Source of the DNA: an uncultured Lachnospiraceae bacterium | GTDB lineage: Bacteria; Bacillota; Clostridia; Lachnospirales; Lachnospiraceae | Direction of reading: 5' to 3' | DNA: 64,000 nucleotides | Assembly (NCBI GenBank): GCA_902793335.1 | Contig: CADBCZ010000009.1 | Location: forward strand, 1,723 to 65,722 | Shown here: piece by piece, positions 1-10,200 of the stretch | Numbering within the stretch: the first letter of the stretch is position 1 | Layout: each line of letters opens with the position of its first letter | Translations under genes and position numbers: made by a program | The notes under the pieces: model-generated | What the model was told of the DNA's origin: nothing | What the model saw: the letters and a program-made list of their open reading frames with translations, nothing else | Database searches by the model: none

Positions 1-1419
1 GAGAACGAACAATGCTGCGATAATGCTTATTACAACATCCTTCTTCTCGTACTTTCCTGTAAATATTCTGATAATAACATATGCGATGGCTCCGATACCG
101 ATTCCGTTAGCTATAGAATAAGTAAGAGGCATCATTATAAGAGCAAGAAATGCAGGGAGTGCCGATGTAATATCATTCATATCAACCTGAGCAAAACTCT
201 TCATCATAAGCACACCAACATAGATAAGCGCAGGAGCTGTCGCAGCACTTGGAACAATGCTTGCAAGAGGACTTAAGAACAGACAAAGTGCAAAACAGAT
301 TGAAGTAACAACGCTTGCAAGTCCTGTTCTTGCACCTGCGGCAACACCGGATGAAGACTCAACAAATGTTGTACATGTAGAAGTACCTAAAGCTGCACCA
401 CATACTGTTGCAATGGAATCACAGAGCATCGATTTATTGACATTAATCGGATCACCGTTCTCATCAAGCATGTCTGCCTGTGCAGCTGTTCCATAGAGTG
501 TTCCGATCGTATCAAACATATCTACGAGACAGAAAGTAATCACCAGCATAACTGCGTTGAAAAGTCCGCCGATAGGAGCACCTGTAAATGCATCTGACCA
601 AGCCTTACCATCTAGAAGACCAACAATACCAACTTCTCCAAAATCCTTGAAAGTCTGACCGATTGCGCTCACATCAAAGCTTGGAACAGTACCCATAAAT
701 ATGTAATATATTACAGATGTAACAAGGATTGCGATGATTACACTGCCCTTGACATTATATTTCTCGAATATAGCAATAAGCAATAATCCTATAAATGCTG
801 CAATAGCCGGACAGTAATCAGCCCATTGTCCACCGTGGATATCCACAAACTGAACAAAGGTGTACGGATTAGCCTGAATAAGACCTGCATTTTTCAAACC
901 GATCATTGCTATGAAAAGACCTATACCTGCGGGAATAGCTTTCTTGAGACATTCCGGCATCGCCTTTGCAACATATTCCCTTGCTCCCGTAAGAGAAAGT
1001 ACAAGGAATACAAGACCTGATACAAATATAATAACCATCCCTGCATGATAACCTTCAATGACATCAACTCCGCCAAAGACAGAAGCTGCAACAAAACAGG
1101 TACAGAAAAATGCATTAAGTCCCATTCCACAAGCCTGTGCAAATGGCATATTAGCAAGAAAAGCCATCAAAAGTGTACCTATAACAGCACCAAGAATAGA
1201 CGCAACAAACACCGAATTCCATATCTGTCCAAGTTGTGCAGACACATCAATCCCTGCTTCTGCAGCTGCCCCTGCAAGCCATCCCGAAGCTCCTTCACCT
1301 GCAACCTGATTAGGATTGACAAAAACAATGTATGCCATAGCAAAAAAAGTTGTCAAGCCGCCCATGATCTCAGCTCTGACAGATGAACCTCTCTCACTTA
1401 TCTTGAAAAATTTATCCAT
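1..1419 (-). CDS. NCS2/AzgA-family purine (adenine/guanine/hypoxanthine) permease; C-terminal end runs off the window
   Basis: Absent from the ORF track because there is no stop inside the window. Reading the minus strand from ATG 1419..1417 gives MDKFFKISERGSSVRAEIMGGLTTFFAMAYIVFVNPNQVAGEGASGWLAGAAAEAGIDVSAQLGQIWNSVFVA... This is a hydrophobic polytopic protein with a typical PbuG/PbuO/AzgA N-terminus. I translated 1201-1419 codon by codon and scanned the rest more loosely; the frame appears open to nt 1. Plus-strand ORFs 257-1386 lie inside it and are shadows. Confidence 0.8.
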   Translation of the reverse strand, partial: MDKFFKISERGSSVRAEIMGGLTTFFAMAYIVFVNPNQVAGEGASGWLAGAAAEAGIDVSAQLGQIWNSVFVASILGAVIGTLLMAFLANMPFAQACGMGLNAFFCTCFVAASVFGGVDVIEGYHAGMVIIFVSGLVFLVLSLTGAREYVAKAMPECLKKAIPAGIGLFIAMIGLKNAGLIQANPYTFVQFVDIHGGQWADYCPAIAAFIGLLLIAIFEKYNVKGSVIIAILVTSVIYYIFMGTVPSFDVSAIGQTFKDFGEVGIVGLLDGKAWSDAFTGAPIGGLFNAVMLVITFCLVDMFDTIGTLYGTAAQADMLDENGDPINVNKSMLCDSIATVCGAALGTSTCTTFVESSSGVAAGARTGLASVVTSICFALCLFLSPLASIVPSAATAPALIYVGVLMMKSFAQVDMNDITSALPAFLALIMMPLTYSIANGIGIGAIAYVIIRIFTGKYEKKDVVISIIAALFVL

Positions 1420-1449
1420 TATTAAACTCTCTCTTTCTACAAACAAACA

Positions 1450-1482
1450 GCTGCTAATTTTTATAATATAAAAATTAGCAGC
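1450..1482 (-). terminator. Rho-independent terminator downstream of etfA
   Basis: Perfect 15-bp inverted repeat GCTGCTAATTTTTAT / ATAAAAATTAGCAGC with a 3-nt loop. It is followed on the minus strand by TGTTTGTTTGT and sits about 28 nt after the etfA stop. Confidence 0.6.
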
Positions 1483-1509
1483 GTCCATTTTTAAAATAAA
1501 CAAATCTAA

Positions 1510-2568
1510 TTATTTATTAGCAATCTCAGCCTTGATAGCTTCTGTAAGCTGAGGAACGATCTTGTTAAGATCTCCAACGATACCGTAATCAGCTACATCA
1601 AAGATAGGAGCATCCTCATCTTTGTTGATAGCGATGATAACGTCAGACTCTTCCATACCTGCAACGTGCTGGATAGCTCCTGAGATACCGATTGCAAAAT
1701 ATACGTTAGGACGTACAGTCTTACCTGTCTGTCCTACCTGATGATCCTGTGAAAGCCATCCGTTCTCTACTACAGCACGAGAACATGAAACCTCTCCACC
1801 GATTGCATCTGCAAGGTCATAAAGAAGCTTGAAGTTCTCTTCGCTTCCAACTCCACGACCACCTGATACAAGAATCTTAGCTGCCTGAATATCAACAGTC
1901 TCTTTAACTGACTTAACTACCTCTAAGATCTCAACATATTTGTTGTCTGGTGTGAATCCAGGATTAAACTCAATAACTTCTGCCTTAGCACCCTTTACTG
2001 GAGCAATCTTCTGCATAACACCCGGACGAACTGTTGCCATCTGAGGACGATTGTTAGGACATGCAATTGTTGCGATTGTATTACCACCAAATGCAGGACG
2101 AGTCATAAGCAACTGATTGTGCTTCTGCTCCTGATTTGGAATAGGATTAAGAGGGAAATCTCCAATCTCAAGTACTGTACAGTCAGCTGTAAGACCTGTC
2201 TGAACACGTGCTGAAACACGAGGACCAAGGTCACGTCCGATAGCTGTAGCACCAACTAACATAATGTCTGGCTTATACTCATTAATTACAGATGAAAGTG
2301 CATGTGTATAAGGCTCAGTTCTGTAATCCTTAAGCTCAGGATCATCAACAACGATAACCTTATCAGCACCATACTCTGCTAACTGATCAGCAAGATCCTT
2401 TACTCCTGAACCAAGTAAAACTGCTGTAACATCAGTTGAAAGCGCACCTGCGAGCTCTTTAGCCTTACCAAGAAGCTCAAATGCGATGTTGCTTATTTTA
2501 TTATCTACCTGCTGAGCGTATACGTATACACCCTTATACTCAGCGATCTGTTCGTTTGTTAATTCCAT
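1510..2568 (-). CDS. etfA: Electron transfer flavoprotein subunit alpha (Bcd-associated, bifurcating type)
   Basis: 352 aa with an ETF-alpha C-terminal FAD-binding region (...[16 protein letters not shown]...). It is the last gene of the bcd-etfB-etfA arrangement. Confidence 0.93.
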   Translation of the reverse strand: MELTNEQIAEYKGVYVYAQQVDNKISNIAFELLGKAKELAGALSTDVTAVLLGSGVKDLADQLAEYGADKVIVVDDPELKDYRTEPYTHALSSVINEYKPDIMLVGATAIGRDLGPRVSARVQTGLTADCTVLEIGDFPLNPIPNQEQKHNQLLMTRPAFGGNTIATIACPNNRPQMATVRPGVMQKIAPVKGAKAEVIEFNPGFTPDNKYVEILEVVKSVKETVDIQAAKILVSGGRGVGSEENFKLLYDLADAIGGEVSCSRAVVENGWLSQDHQVGQTGKTVRPNVYFAIGISGAIQHVAGMEESDVIIAINKDEDAPIFDVADYGIVGDLNKIVPQLTEAIKAEIANK

Positions 2569-2596
2569 TTAAATGTCACCTCTTTCCCTTTCTTCA

Positions 2597-3385
2597 TCAG
2601 ATAATGTGCTTAGTTACTAACTTATCCATAATGTAACTAACTGCTTCATCTGCTGATTCCGGAGCTACCTTTTCACCGGCACCCTTACGAACCTTATCAG
2701 ATGCCTTAGCAATCTTTGTAGGAGAACCCTTAAGACCTAAGTTACCGTCATCGATATCCTTAAGATCTGCTCTTCCCCATACAGTAAGCTCTGCATCTAC
2801 TGCATCGAAGATTCCGCCCGGTGTCATGTAACGAGGCTCATTTAACTCAGCAAGTGCTGTAAGAAGACAAGGAAGCTGAGCCTTTAAGATGTGATGTCTG
2901 TCCTCATACTGACGCTTAACTGTGATTGACTTATCATCAACTGCTACGATCTCTTCAGCGTAAGAGATTACAGGAAGATTAAGGTGCTCAGCAATCTGAG
3001 GACCAACCTGTGCTGTATCACCATCGATAGCCTGACGACCTGTGATAACGAGATCATAATCAAGGTTACGAAGTGCTCCTGCAAGAGTTGTTGATGTAGC
3101 CCATGTATCTGCTCCACCAAGTACACGGTCTGTTACAAGGATTCCCTTGTCAGCACCCATAGCAAGTGCTTCACGAAGAACATCCTCTGCTTTTGGAAGT
3201 CCCATAGTTACAACTGTAACCTCTGCACCATACTGATCCTTAAGACGAAGAGCTGCCTCAAGACCAGCCTTGTCATCAGGATTCATAATTGTGAGCATTG
3301 CTGCTCTATTCAAAGTACCATCCGGATTGAACTCAACTCCACCCTTTGTATCAGGTACCTGCTTAACACATACAACTATTTTCAC
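2597..3385 (-). CDS. etfB: Electron transfer flavoprotein subunit beta
   Basis: 262 aa with the N-terminus MKIVVCVKQVPDT typical of ETF-beta. It lies between bcd and etfA. Confidence 0.93.
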   Translation of the reverse strand: MKIVVCVKQVPDTKGGVEFNPDGTLNRAAMLTIMNPDDKAGLEAALRLKDQYGAEVTVVTMGLPKAEDVLREALAMGADKGILVTDRVLGGADTWATSTTLAGALRNLDYDLVITGRQAIDGDTAQVGPQIAEHLNLPVISYAEEIVAVDDKSITVKRQYEDRHHILKAQLPCLLTALAELNEPRYMTPGGIFDAVDAELTVWGRADLKDIDDGNLGLKGSPTKIAKASDKVRKGAGEKVAPESADEAVSYIMDKLVTKHII

Positions 3386-3398
3386 GTCTAATTACCTC

Positions 3399-4571
3399 CT
3401 ATTTCAACAGATTAGCTGAGATAACCATACGCTGAACTTCTGAAGTACCTTCGTAGATCTCTGTGATCTTAGCATCTCTCATCATACGCTCAACGTCATA
3501 CTCTCTAATATAACCATAACCACCATGTAACTGAACAGCCTTAGTTGTTACTTCCATAGCAACTTCTGCTGCGTAAAGCTTAGCCATAGCTGCTTCCTCA
3601 GAATAAGAAATCTTTGGATTGGTCTGATACTCAGCTTTCTTCATTGCAGCCTTATATACAAGCATCTTAGCAGCCTCTACCTTAGTAGCCATATCTGCTA
3701 ACTGGAACTGTGTATTCTGGAACTGAGCAATGCTTCTGCCGAACTGTTTTCTCTCTTTAACGTAAGCAACAGTTGCCTCTAAAGCTCCTTCAGCAATACC
3801 AAGTGCCTGAGCAGCGATACCGATACGTCCGCCATCAAGTGTATGCATTGCGATCTGGAATCCCTTACCCTTCTGTCCAAGAAGATTATCCTTAGGGATA
3901 CGGCAATCTGTAAAGATAAGCTCATAAGTAGAAGAACCACGGATACCCATCTTCTTCTCCTTAGTACCGAATGTAAATCCAGGTGTACCTTTCTCTACGA
4001 TAAATGCTGAAATCTCTTTCATCATTCTTCCGCGCTTCTCAACCTTACCTGTTACTGCAATAACGATATATACGTCAGCTTCTTTACCGTTTGTGATAAA
4101 GCACTTAGAACCATTTAATACCCACTCATTAGTAGCTTCATCAAGAACAGCCTTTGTCTGCTGTCCCTGAGCGTCTGTACCTGCACCCGGCTCAGTAAGA
4201 CCGAAAGCTCCAAGCTTCTTACCTGATGCAAGATCAGGAAGATACTTCTGTTTCTGCTCCTCTGTACCGTATGTCTGAATAGGATCAACACAAAGTGATG
4301 TATGAGCTGATACGATAACACCTGTAGTACCGCATACCTTTGAAAGCTCTTCAACACACATAACGTATGTTAAAGGATCACATCCCTGTCCGCCGTACTC
4401 CTTTGGAACAGGAATTCCTAAGAATCCGCTCTTTGCCATCTTCTCAACAGTAGCTTTCGGGAATTTTTCTTCCTCATCAGTCTCCTGAGCAAGTGGCTTA
4501 GCTTCTTTTTCAGCAAACTCTCTAAAAAGAGTTCTTGCCATTTCATGTTTCTTGCTTAATCCGAAATCCAT
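3399..4571 (-). CDS. bcd: Butyryl-CoA dehydrogenase (short-chain acyl-CoA dehydrogenase)
   Basis: 390 aa with acyl-CoA dehydrogenase motifs (GAFGLTEPGAGTD, IYEGTSEVQRMVI). It is flanked by hbd and etfBA. Confidence 0.93.
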   Translation of the reverse strand: MDFGLSKKHEMARTLFREFAEKEAKPLAQETDEEEKFPKATVEKMAKSGFLGIPVPKEYGGQGCDPLTYVMCVEELSKVCGTTGVIVSAHTSLCVDPIQTYGTEEQKQKYLPDLASGKKLGAFGLTEPGAGTDAQGQQTKAVLDEATNEWVLNGSKCFITNGKEADVYIVIAVTGKVEKRGRMMKEISAFIVEKGTPGFTFGTKEKKMGIRGSSTYELIFTDCRIPKDNLLGQKGKGFQIAMHTLDGGRIGIAAQALGIAEGALEATVAYVKERKQFGRSIAQFQNTQFQLADMATKVEAAKMLVYKAAMKKAEYQTNPKISYSEEAAMAKLYAAEVAMEVTTKAVQLHGGYGYIREYDVERMMRDAKITEIYEGTSEVQRMVISANLLK

Positions 4572-4666
4572 TTATATATTTCCTCCTGCTATATTATAAT
4601 CATTAAACGGTGATGATATAAACAATGCTATATCATCACCCGTATAATCATTAGGTAAACTGTAAA

Positions 4667-5539
4667 TTACAGCTCATCAACCGGTGTCTTGGTACGGTCT
4701 GCGTTATATACGTAGAATCCCTTACCACTCTTAACACCCAAGTTACCGCCACGAACCATCTTACGAAGAAGTGGACATGCACGATACTTAGAATCTCCTG
4801 TCTCATTGTAAAGAACATCCATAATTGCAAGACAGATATCAAGACCAACGAAATCACCAAGCTCAAGAGGTCCCATTGGATGGTTAGCACCAAGCTTCAT
4901 AGCAGCATCGATACCAGCGATGTTAGAAACACCTTCCATTTTGATAAATGCTGCTTCATTGATCATAGGAATAAGGATACGGTTAACTACAAAACCAGCA
5001 GCCTCATTAACCTGAACAGGAGTCTTACCGATCTCCTCTGAAATCTTCTTAATCTTCTCTACTGTCTCATCAGGAGTATTAACACCTGCGATAACCTCAA
5101 CTAATTTCATACGATCAGCAGGATTAAAGAAATGCATACCGATCATTGGACGTGTAAGTCCGTTACCAATCTCTGTAATTGAAAGGCTTGATGTGTTTGA
5201 TGCAAAGATACATCCCTCTTTACAAATCTTGTCAAGCTCTGCGAAAGTTGTCTTCTTAACTTCCATATTCTCAAATGCAGCTTCTACGATTAAATCGCAA
5301 TCTGCACAAAGATCTTCCTTAAGACCTGCAGTGATGCTTGAAAGAATACCATCAACCTGCTCCTGTGTCATTTTTCCTTTTTCAACAAGTCTTGCATATC
5401 CTTTAGCAATCTTGTCCTTTCCGCCATCAGCCCACTCCTGCTTAATATCGCAAAGAGCTACCTCATAGCCATCAACCATAGCGAATGCCTTAGCAATTCC
5501 CTGTCCCATGGTACCTGCGCCAATTACGCCTACCTTCAT
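4667..5539 (-). CDS. hbd: 3-hydroxybutyryl-CoA dehydrogenase
   Basis: 290 aa with the N-terminal Rossmann motif MKVGVIGAGTMGQGIA, consistent with the 3-hydroxyacyl-CoA dehydrogenase family. It sits in the butyrate operon. Confidence 0.93.
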   Translation of the reverse strand: MKVGVIGAGTMGQGIAKAFAMVDGYEVALCDIKQEWADGGKDKIAKGYARLVEKGKMTQEQVDGILSSITAGLKEDLCADCDLIVEAAFENMEVKKTTFAELDKICKEGCIFASNTSSLSITEIGNGLTRPMIGMHFFNPADRMKLVEVIAGVNTPDETVEKIKKISEEIGKTPVQVNEAAGFVVNRILIPMINEAAFIKMEGVSNIAGIDAAMKLGANHPMGPLELGDFVGLDICLAIMDVLYNETGDSKYRACPLLRKMVRGGNLGVKSGKGFYVYNADRTKTPVDEL

Positions 5540-5593
5540 GCTTGTATCCTCCTATTTAATATAATTTATATTTGCAATCTAATACTATTAATC

Positions 5594-6385
5594 TTATTTG
5601 TTCTGGAAAGGAACAACTTTGAGCTTCTTCTCTTTATCTTTCTCTAAGAAGTTACCCATTCCTGCTTTCTGATCCTCTGTCTCGAAACAATCACCAAAAA
5701 GCTTTTCTTCAATTACAATAGCCTCATCCATATCTACCTGTAATCCGTCATTGATTGCTTTCTTGCAGTTACGAACAGCAATAGGTGCATTAGCTGCAAT
5801 ACCTGCTGCCATCTTCTTAGCCTGCTCCATAAGCTCTTCTGCAGGATATACAGCATTAACAAGACCGATACGATATGCCTCATCAGCCTTAATATTTCTT
5901 GCTGTGTAGATCATCTGCTTAGCCATACCTGCTCCCACAAGACGAGCAAGTCTCTGAGTACCACCAAATCCAGGAGTGATTCCAAGACCAACCTCAGGCT
6001 GACCAAAGATTGCATTCTCTGAACAGATTCTGATATCACAGCTCATTGAAATCTCACATCCTCCACCGAGTGCAAATCCGTTAACGGCTGCAATAACCGG
6101 GATAGGGAATACTTCAAGTTTTCTAAATACATCATTACCCTTCTTACCGAAAGCTTCACCTTCTGCCTTAGTAAGTGTTGACATCTCACCGATATCAGCA
6201 CCAGCAACAAAAGACTTGTCTCCCGCACCTGTAAGAATAAGGGCTCTTGTAGTATCAAGATCAATTGAATCAAGAGTTTCATTTAATTCATCAAGCACCT
6301 GACTGTTTAATGCATTAAGTGCTTTAGGACGATTGATGGTAATAACACCAACAAATCCTTCCTGCTCATATGTGATAAATTCCAT
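5594..6385 (-). CDS. crt: Crotonase (short-chain enoyl-CoA hydratase)
   Basis: 263 aa with crotonase-fold motifs (FVAGADIGEM, ALGGGCEISMSCD). It lies between thl and hbd. Confidence 0.9.
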   Translation of the reverse strand: MEFITYEQEGFVGVITINRPKALNALNSQVLDELNETLDSIDLDTTRALILTGAGDKSFVAGADIGEMSTLTKAEGEAFGKKGNDVFRKLEVFPIPVIAAVNGFALGGGCEISMSCDIRICSENAIFGQPEVGLGITPGFGGTQRLARLVGAGMAKQMIYTARNIKADEAYRIGLVNAVYPAEELMEQAKKMAAGIAANAPIAVRNCKKAINDGLQVDMDEAIVIEEKLFGDCFETEDQKAGMGNFLEKDKEKKLKVVPFQNK

Positions 6386-6439
6386 AGAATTAATCTCCTT
6401 TATATAATTATCATGTCAAAGTCATTATACAGCTTGCAA

Positions 6440-7633
6440 TTATCTCTCAACGATAGTAGCACAACCCATACCGCCACCGATACAAAGTGTAGCAAGACCC
6501 TTCTTAGCGTCCATATCTTCCATCTCATGAAGAAGTGTAACAAGAATACGGCAACCTGAAGCTCCAACAGGATGTCCAAGTGCGATAGCACCACCACGTG
6601 GGTTAAGCTGCTTAGCAACATCAATGCCAAGATCCTTACCAACTGCTACGGACTGTGCAGCAAATGCCTCGTTAGCCTCGATAACATCGAAGTCCTCGAT
6701 CTTGTAATCAGCCTTAGCCATAGCCTTCTTAGTAGCTGCCACAGGACCAACGCCCATGATTGAAGGATCAACACCAGCAAGTGCACCTGCAACAAATGTT
6801 GCCATAGGCTTAACGCCTAACTCCTTAGCTTTCTCCTCAGACATAACAACAACTGCAGCAGCACCGTCGTTAATACCTGAAGCGTTACCTGCTGTAACAA
6901 CTCCGTCCGGATAAAGAGCACGAAGCTTAGCAAGTGACTCAGCAGTAACTCCGCTTCTTACACCCTCATCTGTATCGAAGATAACTGTCTCTTTCTTCTT
7001 CTTGATCTCAACAGGAACGATCTCTCTCTTGAATTTGCCTTCAGCGATTGCCTTCTCAGCCTTGTTCTGTGAGTTAGCAGCAAACTCATCAAGCTCCTCA
7101 CGAGTAAGTTTCCACTGCTCAGCAACATTATCAGCTGTCTTAATCATATGATAGTCGTTAAATGCATCCCAAAGAGCATCCTTAACCATAGTATCAACTA
7201 ATGCACCCTGGCTCTGGCTAGGCCATGTCATTCTGTATCCGTAACGTCCATTAGGAAGAGCAAATGGTGCCATAGACATGTTCTCCATACCGCCTGCAAC
7301 AACGATATCAGCATCTCCTGCCTGAATCATCTGAGCTGCCATATTAACGCAGTTAAGACCTGATCCACAAACAACGTTAACTGTAACTGCAGGACACTCG
7401 ATAGGAAGACCTGCCTTAAGTGTAGCCTGACGTGCAACGTTCTGACCAAGACCTGCCTGAATTACACAACCCATGTAAACATGGTCAACCTGATCTGCCG
7501 GTACGCCTGCACGGTTAAGAGCCTCCTTAATTACTATTGATCCAAGCTCTGCAGCAGGAATTGTTGATAAAGAACCACCCATGGTTCCGATTGCTGTACG
7601 ACAAGCGCCAGCTAAAACAACTTTTTTTGACAT
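6440..7633 (-). CDS. thl: Acetyl-CoA acetyltransferase (thiolase II)
   Basis: 397 aa. It has the thiolase Cys context VNVVCGSGL and the C-terminal [12 protein letters not shown] motif. It is the first gene of the thl-crt-hbd-bcd-etfB-etfA operon. Confidence 0.93.
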   Translation of the reverse strand: MSKKVVLAGACRTAIGTMGGSLSTIPAAELGSIVIKEALNRAGVPADQVDHVYMGCVIQAGLGQNVARQATLKAGLPIECPAVTVNVVCGSGLNCVNMAAQMIQAGDADIVVAGGMENMSMAPFALPNGRYGYRMTWPSQSQGALVDTMVKDALWDAFNDYHMIKTADNVAEQWKLTREELDEFAANSQNKAEKAIAEGKFKREIVPVEIKKKKETVIFDTDEGVRSGVTAESLAKLRALYPDGVVTAGNASGINDGAAAVVVMSEEKAKELGVKPMATFVAGALAGVDPSIMGVGPVAATKKAMAKADYKIEDFDVIEANEAFAAQSVAVGKDLGIDVAKQLNPRGGAIALGHPVGASGCRILVTLLHEMEDMDAKKGLATLCIGGGMGCATIVER

Positions 7634-7719
7634 AATAAAAATCCTCCGTTTGAAATTTTACGCATGAACGGGCAGTCTTCTCCCATCATTACGCAATCTG
7701 TTTTCCATAATAACATAAA

Positions 7720-7749
7720 GAGAGGATATTTGCAACCAAATATCCTCTC
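7720..7749 (-). terminator. Rho-independent terminator after the giant surface-protein gene
   Basis: GAGAGGATATTTG-loop-AAATATCCTCTC hairpin, followed on the minus strand by TTTATGTTAT. It lies 45 nt downstream of the stop at 7794 and separates that gene from thl. Confidence 0.6.
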
Positions 7750-7793
7750 AAAAAATTGAAAATTAATCAATTATTCCATAATTAAATTAATAA

Positions 7794-10200
7794 TTATTTT
7801 ACCTTAATTTTCTTAGTCTTAGTCTTACCATTACTCAGTGTTACTGTAACTTTAACTTTACCCTTCTTAAGACCTGTTATATAACCATACTCATCAATTT
7901 CAGCAATATTAGGCTTATCTACCGAATAACTTACTGAATTGGTTGATGTAGCAGCCGTAACAGTATATTTAAGTTTTACAGTCTTGCCAACCTTGATAGA
8001 GCTAGTCTTGATCTTAATCTTTTTAGCATTCTTCTCCTTAGTAACAACATAAACTTTGATTGTTGCCTTCTTACCAGATTCAGTCTTAACAGTAATTGTT
8101 GCATTACCTTTTTTCTTAGCATTGATTGTTCCATCTTCTGAGATAGTTGCAACCTTCTTTTTGTTAGTTGAGTATGTAACCTTATCTGTAGAATCTTCAG
8201 GTAAAATCTTATATCTTAATTGATATGTTGAGCCCTTAACAAGATAGATTTTCTTCTCACTTGCATAATGGGTTACCACCTTAACTCCAGTAGCCGGAAC
8301 AGTAATTGTAACCGGAATACTTGTACTTACGTTTGAAATCTTACCGGATGCAGTTATAGTTACCTGTCCTTTTGCAATTCCGGTAACAATACCATTCTGA
8401 TCAACTTTGGCAATTTCTTCGTTACTTGATGTAAATTTAATTGATTCAGTTGAGTCAGCAGGGATCTTACTAATTGTTAAAGCAGCCTGTGTACCAACCG
8501 CAATGCTCTTACTTTCTTCTGTAAATTTAAGTTCAGTATTAAGTGAAACAATAGTTACACTAATTGATGCACTTTGTCCAGACAATGTTGTTGCAGTAAT
8601 TGTTGCGGTTCCAGGAGCAACACCCTTGATTGTTACATTACCATATGACTCTTCAATAGATGCAATTTCAGGATTAGATGATGACCATGTCGGTGTATCA
8701 GTAGATTTAGGATTTAGACGATAACCCGTAGTCACATTTTCTCCATCATAAGCTTTTGATATACTATAAGTTTGTCCAACAGATATTTCAATAGGTGCAT
8801 CAAGAATTGTTATCTGATCAACCTTTCCAACAATAGTTACGCTACACACACGTTGTATTCCCATAGTATTTGTAACATATATTGCAGCAGAACCTTCAGC
8901 TATAGCTTTAACATTACCATCTGAATCAACAGTTGCAACATCATTATTAGATGAAGTAAATTTCAATTGTTCACTAGAATCTGCCGGTGTCTTATTAACA
9001 TCAAGCTTAAATGAATCACCCATGTGCATAGTCTTCTTCTCTACTACTGAGAAATCAGTCAATGGTGCATATACACTAATATCAATACTTGCTGTCAAAC
9101 CGTTTCCTGTAGTTGCTGTCAACTTAGTAACACCTTGTTTTAATCCTTTTATAACAGGAATTCCATTATAAAGAGTTACTCTGTTAGTAAGATCTTCAAA
9201 CTTAGCAATCGACTCATCATCTATCTTCCACTTAACAGTATCATATATCGCTTCACTAGGTAAGTATAAGAGTGTAGCATCTTCTCTTTCTTCATTAGTA
9301 GGTTGTAATTGAACACTTTGATCAACTGCAATCTGTACAGTTGATGTCTGGAATCTTAATGTTGTTGCAGGAACCATAACACTTACAGGAATCTGTTTTA
9401 CTATATTATTATTATTAGCCGACTTAGCATATACAACTGTACTACCAAGATTTTTACCTGTTATCATAGCTGTTCCATCTTCATTAACTTTTACTAACGC
9501 AACATTTTCATCACCAACAGTCCAAACAATACCCTTATTCTCTTCCTTGACATTTGTAGGATAAACTACTGCATTAACATTGACACTTTTATCTTTATAT
9601 ATATCTATTCTGTTTATTTCAGTCTTATCAACATTAACCTTAATTGCATTTGGATTGAGTTTTCCTTCCTCAACAACTTCCAATGGTAATTGTCTTAACA
9701 ATTTTCCAGTATCATCAAAAACATTAATATATACATTACCTGTTTTATCACCTGTCGTTATAGTACCAGTTTTACGATCTACAGCTGCTATAGTCGAATC
9801 TGTACTTTCAAAGAAATAATTTGCTTGAGCATCAGAACCAGCTTTAGTTCCTTCCTCTGAATATGTTGGAGAAACATTAATAACATCTGTTTTACCCTGT
9901 TCTAACTGGAAACTATTAGCATCTGATTCCAAAGATTTAATTGATAAGTCTATACGTTCTATTGGATAAACAATCTTTACTGTTACTTCATCTTTTTCCT
10001 CATTTGTACCTGAAAGACCATTAGATACCCAAAGTTTTGCAGTACCTGCACCTTTAACATGTATTTTTGCTTTCGCAATATCATTAGTTAATTCTTTATC
10101 AGCATCAATCTGTTCAACACTTATCACATTCTCATTAGACGATCCCCAAACAACAGCTTTTGATCTAGGTGTAGGAGATAAACTTGCAGTCACCTCAACA
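7794..10200 (-). repeat. Tandem array of about 9 Big_2 (bacterial Ig-like group 2) domain-coding units inside the giant CDS
   Basis: The protein-level repeat begins near ..VEVTASLSPTPRSKAVVWGSSNENVISV.. (about nt 10200) and runs to the stop codon. The units are diverged, so this is not a nucleotide-identical repeat. Confidence 0.55.

Noticed and set aside
257-1386. Plus-strand ORFs 257..496, 826..1020, 1045..1386 and 1058..1309, and minus-strand ORF 921..1157.
   Set aside because: All lie inside the purine permease gene, which the track missed because that gene has no stop in the window. The permease frame gives a coherent transporter sequence.
1420-1509. I looked for a purine riboswitch upstream of the purine permease gene.
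   Set aside because: Only ~90 nt are available, and they are occupied by the etfA terminator hairpin. None of the conserved purine-aptamer segments (UAUAAU...GGAUAUGG...CCGACUAUG type) is present.
7634-7719. I looked for a Rex operator (TTGTTAA-N4-TTAACAA / TGTGA-N6-TCACA type) upstream of thl, as is often found at butyrate operons.
   Set aside because: No match by eye. There is only a short direct repeat TGCGTAA ... TGCGTAA of uncertain meaning, and I could not define a convincing promoter.
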